Shown: in pieces, positions 52,441-64,000 of the stretch | Layout of the letters: each line of letters begins with the position of its first letter | Position numbering within the stretch: the stretch's first letter is position 1 | Assembly (NCBI RefSeq): GCF_006345805.1 | Contig: NC_043022.1 | Span: 4,464,001 to 4,528,000 of the forward strand | DNA length: 64,000 nt | Source: Octopus sinensis | Taxonomy: Eukaryota | Direction: 5' to 3' | The notes under the pieces: generated by a model | Seen by the model: only the letters and a program-made list of their open reading frames with translations | What the model was told of the DNA's origin: nothing | The model's database searches: none | Translations under genes and position numbers: made by a program

Positions 52441-52846
52441 ATACAGCGATAATTATGCTTTCAGAATATCACTATTTGGTTGGTCTTCATTATTACAACT
52501 TGTACACAACTGACTGGGCTTGACTCCACTTATGCGGATACCCTTACAACAATTTCGAGTGGATTGTTACACTTGATTCAAGTAGAAAATCCTGGTACTG
52601 TGCAACCACTTCTGAGCATAAACACAAAACATAGACATACATGAGTGTGTGTGTGTATGCGCGTGTGTGTATGCATACACATGGTTCCAGGTTCAGTCCC
52701 ACAGCATGGCACCTTCAGCAAATGTCTTCTACTATAGCCTCAAGCTGACCAAAGCCTTGTGAGCGGATTTGGTAGACAGAAACGAAAAGAGATTCATATA
52801 TATGTGTGTGTGTGTGTGTCTATATATATAAATGTATATATATACA

Positions 52847-53215
52847 TCTCTATCTCTATATATATATAAATGGCAAAATGTTTGTGTGTGTGTCCTTTAT
52901 ACAAATCCACAATTTTTCCATTAGAGGGCTCGCACTTTCTATGGTCATTCAAAACCGTCAAAAGGGTGGTCGTGCACATCTTTACATTTCCCCAGTCACC
53001 CCGCAAAGCCATTAAAAAATCAATAGGAGTGACTTTTTTGTGAATTTTCTATCCAAAACCCAATCAAAATGCCCGAAACTTGATACGCCAATTGAATGCC
53101 AGCTAGCTGTATGTGTTTGGTCAGAGATTTGGACAGTACTCGCGTGTATGTGCGCACGCAGCTGTATATGCATGCACTAGCACTATAACCCAGCGTTGCC
53201 GGGTCATAGTGCTAG
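52847..53215 (+). mobile_element. Helitron-like element
   Basis: TC start; terminal palindrome actagcactataacccagcgttgccgggtcatagtgCTAG|T. Confidence 0.55.
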
Positions 53216-53249
<34 letters not shown>

Positions 53250-53269
53250 TGGATACTCCACTTAAATTT

Positions 53270-53530
53270 AGGCGCAGGAATAGCTGTGTGGTAAGTAGCT
53301 TGCTTACCAAAAACATGGTTCCGGGTTCAGTCCCACTGCATGGCATCTTGGGCAAGTCTTCTACTATAGCCTTGGACCGACCAAAGCCTTGTGAGTGGAT
53401 TTGGTAGATGGAGACTGAAAGAAACTCCTCGTATATATATGTATGTATGTGTATGTGCGTGTGTGTCTGTGTTTGACCCCACCATCATTGCTTGACAACC
53501 GATGTTGGTCTGTTTATGTCCCCATACCTT
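53270..53530 (+). mobile_element. SINE S1, 3'-truncated
   Basis: Head and body up to tttatgtcccc. Confidence 0.85.
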
Positions 53531-53807
53531 ACTGAACTCAGGTATAGTTTGTCAGTTGCGTGGGGTTGAATCGAACTGTTTTAAATAATCATAGTAATAA
53601 TATACATATCTTGGAGTCTTGGGAGGGTCATTACACCAGTAAGCAACACATGTACTGGTTCAATATCACTTTTTTTTATATTTAATCAAATGGTTAAATA
53701 TTTAACCAGCTAATTAATCATTTGTGTCATGTGCTAACGAGATTTGCTTTTAACACACAAATTCACATCAAGAAACTTGCTAATCTTACAAAAACAAAAT
53801 GCGTGTG

Positions 53808-53852
<45 letters not shown>

Positions 53853-53854
<2 letters not shown>

Positions 53855-54118
53855 TGTGGCCGACCAGACATCAGATGTTGTTACACATCGCTGGTCATAA
53901 TGCGTTCGCATTGTTTTAGTCTTCGAATGACGCCACCCCGCTGGCTAAGCGAGCAGGCCAACAGAAGAAAGAGTGGTGAAAGATTACAGCAGATATCACT
54001 ACCCCCTGCCGGAGCCTCGTGGAGCTTTTAGGTGTTTTCGCTCAATAAATACTCACAACGCCCGGTCTGGGAATCGAAACCGCGATCCTGCGACTGCGAG
54101 TCCGCTGCCCTAACCACT
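53853..54118 (-). mobile_element. SINE S2, short 3' variant
   Basis: Reverse complement of the 49857 type. Confidence 0.85.
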
Positions 54119-54135
54119 ATATATGCATATATATA

Positions 54136-54533
54136 CAGTAGAAAGAACCTCGCAGTACGAGTGCCCCATTGTACAAGTAATTTGCTGTTTTAGCCGAGAC
54201 TTTGCTGTGTAAGCGAATGTTTGTCTCGAAGTGCGAGCAGAAATCCACAGTACGAGCAGACAAATCGTCCCATCTTTCAGGTAATTCAGTGAATAAAACC
54301 AGTTTACATATTTTTTCCACATTCTCTTTTTTCTATAATTGTCATTTTACTTGTAACTACACCTTTTCTGTTTTAAAACCCATAAAAAATTATTTTTGGG
54401 TGGTTTTGTGGGCTGGAACGGATTAATTATATTTTAGTTAATTTCAATGGGGAAAACTGATTTGTAAAACGAGTAAATCATAAGACAAGCTCAGTCAGGG
54501 AACGAATTAAACTCGTATAGCGAGGTATCACTG
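54136..54533. mobile_element. Tc1/mariner (pogo/Tigger-like) MITE
   Basis: Ends cagtagaaagaacctcgcagtacgag and ctcgtatagcgaggtatcactg form imperfect TIRs; TA on the left flank. Confidence 0.6.
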
Positions 54534-54651
54534 TGTGTATCATCATTGTTTAAGATCCATTTTCAATGCTGGCACGGGTTGGACGGTTTGACTGAGGACT
54601 GGCGAACCAGATGGCTGCACCAGGCTCCAATCATGATCTGCCAGAGTTTTC

Positions 54652-54751
54652 NNNNNNNNNNNNNNNNNNNNNNNNNNNNNNNNNNNNNNNNNNNNNNNNN
54701 NNNNNNNNNNNNNNNNNNNNNNNNNNNNNNNNNNNNNNNNNNNNNNNNNNN
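54652..54751. other. Assembly gap (100 N, true size unknown)
   Basis: Run of exactly 100 N, interrupting an RTE-tail element that starts at about 54540. Confidence 1.
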
Positions 54752-55265
54752 ACACACACATTAATACATACATAGACATCTATACACTCACACACACGCA
54801 CATTAATACGTACATACGCATCAATATCTATACACATCTATACACATACACACATACACCAACACACACATTAATACATACATAGACATCTATACACACA
54901 CACATCCACCTACACACATACATTATCAGTGTGTGTGTGTGTCCTATTGAATTAAAAGCTGAACCATTTGTCACAGCCGACATTTTCAAACGACACCAAA
55001 GAGCAATTCTAAGAGTAAATATCTGTTATTTGGGGGGGGGGGACCTTGCATAATTCATTCTATCTCTTCATGTCTGTCGACGTTCTGCGTACAATAACAC
55101 CATTCAAAGATCAATATTTGCATATTGATCTCACATACACAAAAGGAAAAGAAAATAAATAAAACAAAATTGCTATTTTGGCAGGTGTGGCTGTGTGGTA
55201 AGAAGCTTGCTTCCCAACTACATGGTTCGGGTTCAGTCCCACTGTATGGCATCTTGGGTATATAT

Positions 55266-55323
<58 letters not shown>

Positions 55324-55489
55324 TATATATATATATATATATATTTATACACAAACATACACATATATAAACATACATACATATGTACATACATATATAC
55401 ATACATACATATATACATACATACATACATACACAGATGTGTATATAAGCACACATATTTATATGTTCACACACACGCATATATATATC

Positions 55490-56038
55490 AGGACAAGTGA
55501 GACCATAACCCATGGCCTCTACATGGGATCTAGCCTGTCCACTTATGCATACCTTTCCTTCTAGGGACACAAAACTCTACTTGTGAAGACCTTTTGAGGC
55601 AAGTGAAAATCAAAATCAAAATTGAAATCGATCAACATCAATGGAAATAGCAGCAGTGATACCAGTGCTGGTGGCACGTAAGAGAGCCATCCGAACATGG
55701 CTGTTGCCAGCGCCACCCTGAATGGCCTCATACCGGTGGCACATAAAAAGCACTATCCAATCGTGGCCATTGCCAGCCTCGCCTGGCCCCCGTGCCGGTG
55801 GCACGTAAAAAGGACCATCCGATCGTGGCCACTGCCAGCCTCGTCTGGCACCTGTGCCGGTGGCACGTAAAAAGGACCCATTACGCTCTCGGAGTGGTTG
55901 ACGTTAGGAAGGGCATCCAGCTGTAGAAACCTTTCCAGATCAAATTGGAGCTCGATGCAACCTCATGGCTTGCCAGTTCCCAGTCAAACTGTCCAAACCA
56001 TACCAACATGTTAAATGACAATGTTAAATGACGACAAC

Positions 56039-56070
<32 letters not shown>
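55490..56070 (+). mobile_element. RTE-tailed element, same family, longest copy
   Basis: Four ggtggcac-type repeats, gaagggcatccagctgtagaaac, and a (GAT)n tail at about 56040-56070. Confidence 0.75.
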
Positions 56071-56071
<1 letters not shown>

Positions 56072-56346
56072 ATATAAAAAATTTATCAAAAACACAAGAA
56101 ATGGAAATATTAAAAAAACATAACAAACAGAAGATAATTTATAGCTAATTCCTCATCAGTCAATGTCCGAAAGGTTCTTACAATTTCGAGGTGTTAATGT
56201 TGATATTGTTCACTTTTGGTGGCGCCTGTGGTGAAAAGCCACTGGGAATAGCTAGCAGATGTACAGGACAGTGACGAAAATAAACACAACAATAAAACAT
56301 ACACATACAACAACATAAAAAAAAGCCATGTGGCTGCAAAGACTGA

Positions 56347-56383
<37 letters not shown>

Positions 56384-56646
56384 AATAAAATATATGCATA
56401 TATATAAACATATATGTACGTACCTACCTCTACATGTACATATACACGCATATATGTGTACAGGACACCAAAAAGACGTCGAACACATAGAGAGACGAAA
56501 AACATAGACACAAACCAAGGAACAAGACAGGCAAAAAAAAAAAAAAAAAAAAGGAGATACAGGACAATAAGCACAACGAAAAATCCCCTTCTTCAGTCGC
56601 TAAAGTTTCATCTACTAAACGTTTCGGAGGATAATATATATATATA

Positions 56647-56777
56647 CAAGGTGTCCCAAAAAAATGTATACACACCTTAAATAATTGTAAATTTGTTATT
56701 CTTTGTAAGCCTAGTACTTATTCTATCGTTATCTTTTGCCGAACCACTATGTGTATACATTTTTTTGGGACACCCTG
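56647..56777. mobile_element. 131-bp mariner-type MITE containing a SINE S1 fragment (copy 1)
   Basis: About 27-bp TIRs ca(a)ggtgtcccaaaaaaatgtatacaca / tgtgtatacattttttttgggacaccctg with TA flanks. Confidence 0.8.
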
Positions 56778-56821
56778 TATATATATCTATCTATCAATCT
56801 ATCTATCTATATATATATATA

Positions 56822-57001
56822 TAGGGAGAGTTCATGAAAAAAATGAAAGACGAAGACAGGTGGTGTAGAAAACAAACAGATGTATTAGTATAACGCTCAG
56901 GAATAGAAAAAGTCTTTTACATTTCGAGCCTACGCTCTTCAACAGAAAGGGGCACAGAACAAAAACAAGGAGAGAAAAAAAATGTCTGCAGTGGCTACCA
57001 A

Positions 57002-57003
<2 letters not shown>
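56822..57003 (-). mobile_element. Family H2 element, second copy
   Basis: Aligns by eye with 26895-27085. Confidence 0.6.
56914..56949 (-). ncRNA. Minimal hammerhead-ribozyme-like motif (variant core)
   Basis: CUUU-CUGUUGA-A-GAGC(GUAG)GCUC-GAAAU-GUA-AAAG. Confidence 0.4.
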
Positions 57004-57036
<33 letters not shown>

Positions 57037-57287
57037 TTTTAATCTTTTACTTGTTTCAGTCATTTGAATGTGGCCATACTGGAGCACTATCTTTAGTCAA
57101 ACAAATCAAGCCCACAACTTATTATTTGTAAGCCTAGTACTTAATCTATTGGTCTCTTTTGTTGAACCACTAAGTTGCAAGGACATAAACATACCAACAT
57201 CGGTTTTCAAGCGATTGTAGGGGGGACAAACAAAGACACACAAATACATACATACATATGTATGTGTGTATGTATATATATATATAT

Positions 57288-57840
57288 GGTGGCTGCCCCC
57301 TCGTTATCGAGTATGGCCATTGCACGAAGCTTAATCAATGTTGTTATCGTGCAATGCCTGTGCAAGAAGATTTTTTTTAAAGTGAGGAAAGGCTGTGCAC
57401 TGAGTCAATCCCACTCACTAAGCAACAGCAGCCATAATCCGAAAAGAAGAACAAGTCAACATCATCGGTAACCATTGAGCTGCAGGTTTTATGTTGGAGT
57501 TATCCCAGTCACCTGAGTTACCTTCTCCTAGAAGGATGCCCTGACAAAGGCTAGGAGTCCTTCACTCCCAATGGTTTAACCGCGCGATCGGATATTCAAT
57601 CCGATTATTTCTATGTCCCCGCGCATGATACAGCCTTAAGACATTTATTGGATGGCCATTGACTCTCAAGAGTTCCTCCGCCCTTTGACAGGTTTTGTTT
57701 TTCATCCCGCAGGGTATCCAATAAACACCGTCCTCACCAAGCAAGCTTGGTGGGGTTGCTGGTTTAGTCGCCAACGACCCGACCATGCAACAGGTTGTAC
57801 TGGGTTACATGTTACCAGTAGCACTCGAAAGTGACCTGAC
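57288..57840 (-). mobile_element. Probable RTE-type LINE 5' region, embedded in (TA)n
   Basis: CpG-rich non-coding block. The minus strand has the ggcatccttctaggagaaggtaactc motif resembling RTE 5' UTRs. Both ends run into TA repeats. Confidence 0.45.
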
Positions 57841-57909
57841 ATAAATGTATATATATATATAGATATATATATACACATACACACTTATGTATGTGTATAT
57901 AAATATATA

Positions 57910-58245
57910 CGAAAGGCTTCTTTCAGGTTCCATCTAACAAATCCACTCAGAAGACTTTGGTCAGTCTGACGCTTTAGTAAAAGACACTTACCCAAGGTAC
58001 CATGCAGTGGGACTGAACCTGGAACCATGTGGTTCGAAAGCAAGCTTCTTACCACACAGCCACGCTTAGATGCTTATAGAGTCTGCAGGTGAGTCTGTGA
58101 GCGTGGTTGGTGACAAAAACTTTGCCACCTAACCACATGGTTCCCGGTTCAGTCCCATTGTGTGGCACCTTGGGCAAATGTCTTCTACTATAGCCTCGGG
58201 CCGACCAAAGCCTTGTGAGTGGATTTGGTAAATGAAAACTGAAAC
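57910..58245. mobile_element. Two SINE S1 5' halves head-to-head (57910-58070 minus, about 58100-58245 plus)
   Basis: Inverted copies of the head and CORE-like body separated by about 30 bp. Confidence 0.8.
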
Positions 58246-58833
58246 AATGAAACTTTATTTTGCTGCCTATGTTTACCAAAAAACTGCTAAGTTATTCTTA
58301 TTTTTCATTTTCTCATAAATTTTTCAAATTCTAAAGATAATTTATGTACACTGTGTATATAATATACAGAATGTTCATAAAGTATTTTTACAACTTACAC
58401 AATTTATCCTCTAGATGTGACGTCTGCAATCAATGGAGCCCACATCGAAGTGTTCTGATATTTTTAACAAAACTTTATTTCGTTGCCGATGTTTCGCAAT
58501 AAACTCTGCTAAGATATCCTTATTTTTCATTTTTCCCTGAATTTTGCAAGTTGTAAAGGTAATTTATGGACACCCAGTGTATGTGAATATGTATGAATGT
58601 TACAGAGAACATGAGAAGCAATTATGTAAATTTAAGCACAGGCAGCAGAAATAATCCATGAATTCTTCATCAAACTGGTTCGAATTAAATTTCGCAACCA
58701 TCCATTAAAATGATAAATCTATATTTAATACCAATTAATGATTTCAATGAATATATATATGTGTGTGTGTGTATGTATATGTATATTATATACAAACATA
58801 CACACACACATACACATATGTATATATGTATAT

Positions 58834-59160
58834 ACCAGATATTTTGAGCATCTCTGCAGTGATACCTGATGGGCCTGGGGCTTTCCCTGTCTTCATGCTT
58901 CTAATTGCCTTAACTACCAAGGAACTATCAACTCTGATAGCTGGTCCCTCTGTTGGGTCAACATTCGGCAGACTCTCTTTATCCCATTCATTTTCTTTAT
59001 TCAGCAACCTTTCATAGTGGCGTCTCCAAACCTCTCTCTTTGCATCCTCATTTAGCGCAAGTGAACCATCTTCCATGCGAACACACTTCTCTCCTACCAC
59101 ATCACGATTCTCTCTCACACACTGTCTTGCAACGCGAAACACCTCCAGTCTTTGGTCCTC
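58834..59160 (-). mobile_element. RTE-clade LINE ORF fragment (linker just upstream of the reverse transcriptase)
   Basis: Translates to EDQRLEVFRVARQCVRENRDVVGEKCVRMEDGSLALNEDAKREVWRRHYERLLN...KAIRSMKTGKAPGPSGITAEMLKISG, with the KAPGPxGI motif typical of RTE-like LINEs. Flanked by (TA)n on both sides. Confidence 0.85.
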
Positions 59161-59178
59161 ATATATATATATATACAT

Positions 59179-59293
59179 GTAAATATAATATGCAACAATT
59201 ATTTAGTAGCCATGATAAAACTCCGAGTTTCGGATGTTGGGAAACTCGGAGTTTTATCATGGCTACCGAATAATTGTTGCATATTATATTTAC
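59179..59293. repeat. Fold-back palindrome (53-bp arms, 9-nt loop)
   Basis: 59179-59231 versus 59241-59293. Confidence 0.9.
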
Positions 59294-59360
59294 AGATAAA
59301 TTCCTCTATTTACATAATATGAAGGTCTCTTTCTTTCTTTTGTTGTCTTACCATTTCTAT

Positions 59361-59399
<39 letters not shown>

Positions 59400-59404
59400 T
59401 ATAT

Positions 59405-59619
59405 GAGCTGGCAGAAACGCTAGTAGGCCGGGCGAAATGCGTAGCCGTATTTCGTCTGCCGTTACGTTCTGAGTTCAAATTCCACCGAGGTCGACTTTGC
59501 CTTTCATTCTTTCGGGGTCAATAAATTAAGTACCAGTTACGCATTGGGATCAATATAATCAACTTAATACTTTGTCCTTGTTTGTCCCCTCTACGTTTAG
59601 CCCCTTGTGGGTAATAAAG

Positions 59620-59622
<3 letters not shown>
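59405..59622 (+). mobile_element. SINE S3
   Basis: gagctggcagaaacg head to the taaagaaata tail. Confidence 0.85.
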
Positions 59623-59658
<36 letters not shown>

Positions 59659-59772
59659 CATCTATATACATGTATAAAAACTGTCATCTTACCTAAAGGA
59701 AGAACATTAAATAAATGTAGAACCCAGATGTGGATAATCTAGGACCTAAGTTTCAAACTTTCCAAATTACAT

Positions 59773-60153
59773 TTGCTTACCAACCACATGGTTCCGAGTT
59801 CAGTCCCACTGCATGGCACCTTGGGCAAGTGTCTTCTATAGCCTCGGGCTGACCAAAGCCTTGTGAGTGGATTTGGTAGACGGAAACTGAAAGAAGCTCG
59901 TTGTATATATGTATATATATGTATGTGTGCGTGTATGTTTGTGTGTCTGTGTTTGTCCCCCTGGCATTGCTTGACAACCGATGCTGGTGTGTTTATGTCC
60001 CCGTAACTTAGCGGTTCGGCAAGAGACCAATAGGATAAGTACTGGGCTTACAAAGAATAAGTCCCGGGGTCAAGTTGCTCGACTAAAGGCAGTGCTCCAG
60101 CATGGCCACAGTCAACTGACTGAAACAAGTAAAAGAGTAAAAAGAGTAAAGAG
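59773..60153 (+). mobile_element. SINE S1, slightly 5'-truncated
   Basis: Body and tail near consensus. Confidence 0.9.
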
Positions 60154-60318
60154 TATACACACACATATATACATATTCATACAATATTAAGGATTCTGGA
60201 GAGAATCAGGTACTTAAATGATATGCACCAGGTTGGGTTAATTTAACCTATAAGCACCACTTTTAACTAAATAAATATACTGGGTACCGAAGTATATACA
60301 ATACAATATTCAGGTTGT

Positions 60319-60703
60319 GGAAGCACTCCGTCGGTTACGACGATGAGGGTTCCGGTTGATTCGAATCAACGGAACAGCCTGCTCGTGAAATTAACGTGCA
60401 AGTGGCTGAGCACTCCACAGACACGTGCATCCTTAACGTAGTTCTCGGGGATATTCAGCGTGACACAGAGAGTGACAAGGCCGGCCCCTTGAAATACAGG
60501 TACAACAGAAACAGGAAGTAAGAGTGAGAGAAAGTTGTGGTGAAAGAGTACAGCAGGGATCACCACCATCCCCTGCCGGAGCCTCGTGGAGCTTTAGGTG
60601 TTTTCGCTCAATAAACACTCACAACGCCCGGTCTGGAAATCGAAACCACGATCCTATGACCGCGAGTCTGCTGCCCTAACCACTGGGCCATTGCGCCTCC
60701 ACT
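60319..60703 (-). mobile_element. SINE S2, long 3' variant, with a 12-bp target-site duplication
   Basis: tattcaggttgt flanks both ends (60307-60318, 60704-60715); intact A and B boxes. Confidence 0.9.
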
Positions 60704-61827
60704 TATTCAGGTTGTACACACAGAGAAAAGCACCACTACAAGCATTTGACACCTAAGAACTGGCCCAAAGCATACGCTGTGTTGATAACACGGTGTCCGA
60801 TATACACTAGGATGTCCGACAGGTCATGAACCCCTTTCCATGTAATAAAGGCAAATAAAAAAATAATAAATGGTGGATAAAAGACACTTATTCATCATCT
60901 GTTATTTATTCATTTGATTATACATAAATATATACACACACATACACACATCATGGTGATGATGATGATACACACACATATCTCTTATTATAAAAGGCAG
61001 ATTTTATCTGCCTCCCTTTGTCACTTATAGAAATCTACAATATAGGATTTCTTCAATTACAATTTACCTAGCATTTTTAAGAGTAGAATGCATCGGGTCA
61101 TGCCAGGTCCAGTTTTTTAAAATTTAAACTCCAATTAAGCAAAATCTACAGGAAACTCACATTCTGGTGTGTATGTCAAATGCTTTTCTTAGTCTGGTTT
61201 ACAGCACACGCAAACGCACACACACAGTGTGCAACGAATAAACTGAAACTAATTCACTGTGTGTGTGTTGACAGGTAGACAATAGAATGCGATGGCGATG
61301 TAATATTTGTTTCTGTCTATCACGCTGATAGATACATGAGTAAAATGTATGGCAAGCTAAGAGATAAGAGTGAGTGAAACTGTTCTTGGAAGAGAGTAAA
61401 TAGCGACAGAGTGATTTGAGGAAGACTAAACTGAAAGTATGAAACAGTGTTTATGTATAAACAGACGACACTTATATATAGTTATGTATGCATCCGTTAA
61501 CCCTTTCGTTACCAAACCGCCCGAATTTACCTATTCATATTTAAATGAGAATATCAGAGTAAATCTCTTTAGTACATTCGTGAAAACACGTATTATACTT
61601 CGTAAACACTTCAAATACAGTTTTGTACAAAAATCGAAGTGTAATTTTAATTCCGTGAATTATGGGAGATTTTTTTCCGAAATTTGTTCCTATTGTGTTT
61701 TCAAAATTTGTAATTCTGACAAAAAATGGATACGAATTTCATTATATCAAGCAGCGAGTCAGAATTCGAAGGATTTTCTACTGAAGACCTTCATAAATCT
61801 AACTCTATGACTGAAAAAAAAAAAGCA

Positions 61828-62224
61828 TCTTTATATAAGAGTGAAGTTGTGTGTCTGTCTCCTACGATTTAGATTCGTAACTACTCCCACATTTTGCGGT
61901 GCAGTTTAACCAAAAGCGGATATCTTATAGTCGTGATTCATATCGAGCCCTTCTGGGTATTAGCGCGCGTCTACGATGAGTCTACGATTAAAAAAAAATT
62001 TACCATCATATTTTTCCATTTTAATGCATTTTTTTCGCTTTTATATAAGGGAAGTAACTCTCTAAAAGTATCTACGATGTGTCAACGATTTTTTAAAAAA
62101 ATTTACCTTAATTTTTTTTCAATTTTTAATGCATTTTTTTGCTATTTTTTGGCTATAACTCTCTAAAAATGCTTATATAGTTATTTCCCTTACAAACCCG
62201 AGCAACGCTGGGCGATACTGCTAG
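61828..62224 (+). mobile_element. Non-autonomous Helitron-like element
   Basis: Starts TC after A; ends with the hairpin cccgagcaacgctggg and CTAG before T. Confidence 0.7.
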
Positions 62225-62318
62225 TATATATATAAAGGTGGTGCTCCAGCATGGCTGCAGTCAAATGACTGAAACAAGTAAAAGAATACAAGAATATATA
62301 TATATATATATATATATA

Positions 62319-62526
62319 TGACCTCGTGTGTAACGTTGGCGATTTTTTTTTCCTCTGTCTTCCCTTCTCTGGATCTTTCCTTCTCCTATGTTTCCGACGA
62401 AGAGCTCCGCTTGAAACATTAAACCCTCCTTCTTCCCTTCCTTCCTGAGCATCCAATAATACTATATTTGTTCCACGTCCTCGCGTTGTTGTGTTTTTTT
62501 TGTGCTTTCTTGTTTGGATTAACTTT
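62319..62526 (+). mobile_element. Family H1 element, second copy
   Basis: Reverse complement of 5272-5473 with scattered transitions. Confidence 0.6.
62390..62424 (+). ncRNA. Degenerate hammerhead-like motif (CpG-type decay)
   Basis: GUUU-CCGACGA-A-GAGC(UCC)GCUU-GAAAC-AUU-AAAC. Confidence 0.35.
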
Positions 62527-62533
62527 ATATATA

Positions 62534-62571
<38 letters not shown>

Positions 62572-62702
62572 CAGGGTGTCCCCCAAAAATGTATATACAC
62601 CTTAAATAATTGTAAATTTGTTATTCTTTCTAAGCCTAGTACTTATTCTATCGTTCTCTTTTGCCGAACCACTATGTGTATACATTTTTTTGGGACACCC
62701 TG
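62572..62702. mobile_element. 131-bp mariner-type MITE containing a SINE S1 fragment (copy 2)
   Basis: Nearly identical to 56647-56777; TA flanks. Confidence 0.8.
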
Positions 62703-62757
62703 TATATATATATATAAGTATATACACACACATCTCTCTCCCCCCTCTCTCTCTGTC

Positions 62758-62793
<36 letters not shown>

Positions 62794-63075
62794 TCTCTCT
62801 CTCTGTCTCTCTCTCTATATATATACACACACACACATGTGCGTGTATATATACAAATGTGTGTCTATATATTCTGATTATTAAACTGAAACTAAATTGT
62901 CATCATAACAGTTTGATGTGTTATGAAATTTTATTATGTGCAAACATTTAATAATTTGATCGTTAAACTACTAATTAAATATACATTAAGTGTACTAGCT
63001 TTAACGAACTGTTCAAAAATATATGAAATTAATATGAAATATACAGCTGCAGCATATACATCTCCACACACAGCA

Positions 63076-63117
<42 letters not shown>

Positions 63118-63121
<4 letters not shown>

Positions 63122-63189
63122 TGGATGGATGGATGGATGGATGGATGGATGGATATAGATAGACAGATAGATAGATAGATGGATAGACG

Positions 63190-63223
<34 letters not shown>

Positions 63224-63290
63224 CAGATAGAGAGATAGATAGATAAATAAATAGATAGACAGATAGATAGATGGATAGATAGATAGATAA

Positions 63291-63323
<33 letters not shown>

Positions 63324-63350
63324 CAGATAGAGAGATAGATAGATAAATAA

Positions 63351-63387
<37 letters not shown>

Positions 63388-63414
63388 TAGATAGATAGAT
63401 AGATAGATACAAAA

Positions 63415-63492
<78 letters not shown>

Positions 63493-63520
63493 TGATTGAT
63501 AGATATAGATAAATAGATAG
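63118..63520. repeat. (GATA)n/(GATG)n/(GACA)n microsatellite
   Basis: Direct inspection. Confidence 0.95.
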
Positions 63521-63875
63521 AAAGAAATATATGAATATTAGATTTTGAAGAAAACCTACATTAACTTATGGACTCCCTAAAATTTCGATTTCACAGCTGG
63601 GTCTGTGATCACACATAGGTTCAGTAATTAATGAGTAATTAGATTAGGTTGATACATTAAATTTTGTATGTCATTATTTACTTATTTATTTTGAACAAAT
63701 TCTATTCGTCTTCTGTTTGAGTAAGACTAAAACTTTCTCTATTTTCAATTCTTTACATGGAAATAAAATGATGGCAAGGGGAGTGATAATAAGGGCATCC
63801 AACCACAGAAATAGAGCTAAAAATGTAATGCATGAATGAGATATCATCCCCAATATGTCAGAGAAGGCAGTAATA

Positions 63876-64000
63876 TCTCTATATATAAACGGCAGTTTGT
63901 CTGTCTGTGTGTCTGTCAGGTTGTACCCTCGCCCTGACCACGGCTTTCAACCGATTCTGATGAAACTTGACACACACATAGCCCAATGTCATAATTCAAA
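63876..64000 (+). mobile_element. 5' part of the same Helitron-like family, cut by the window end
   Basis: Matches the reverse complement of about 45330-45450. Confidence 0.7.

Noticed and set aside
56140-56640. Further hammerhead pieces (ctgatgagg at about 56150-56158, and ctgaagaagggga plus ccgaaacgtt at about 56586-56628, minus strand)
   Set aside because: The core halves are in the wrong order or lack pairing stems, so no complete fold could be drawn.
57759-57840. HDV-like ribozyme at the putative RTE 5' end (minus: GG-P4 tcgttggcga-CUAA-accag, pairing with upstream ctggt)
   Set aside because: P2, P4 and J4/2 fit, but P1 is weak and P3/L3 would need a 19-nt loop. An Infernal search with HDV-like models on the family consensus would settle it.

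Overview
This is eukaryotic, repeat-saturated DNA. The SINE/RTE families, microsatellite load and gene style point to an octopod cephalopod (Octopus sp.; inferred, species not determinable). Only one credible host coding exon is present: 44495-44942 on the minus strand. It is the first coding exon of a RERE/atrophin ortholog, with a poly-N/S/Q/P N-terminus running into the start of the BAH domain. I did not find the next exon in the window, so positions 1-44494 are probably one very large intron. Almost all other ORFs in the track are microsatellite or minisatellite artefacts. The rest of the window holds dozens of tRNA-derived SINEs, RTE LINE pieces, TTAA/piggyBac-, hAT- and mariner-type MITEs, Helitron-like elements, fold-back hairpins, tandem arrays and a 100-N gap (54652-54751). 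The most interesting signals are: (i) four ~200-bp (TA)n-embedded elements carrying a minimal hammerhead-ribozyme-like fold with covarying stems, three of them in RERE sense orientation; (ii) a mariner-type MITE that has captured a SINE fragment; (iii) many long near-perfect hairpins and inverted duplications that would form dsRNA in the pre-mRNA; (iv) a candidate internal promoter or alternative first exon near 12.8-13.6 kb. Boundaries were read by eye and are approximate for old repeats. No database searches were run.
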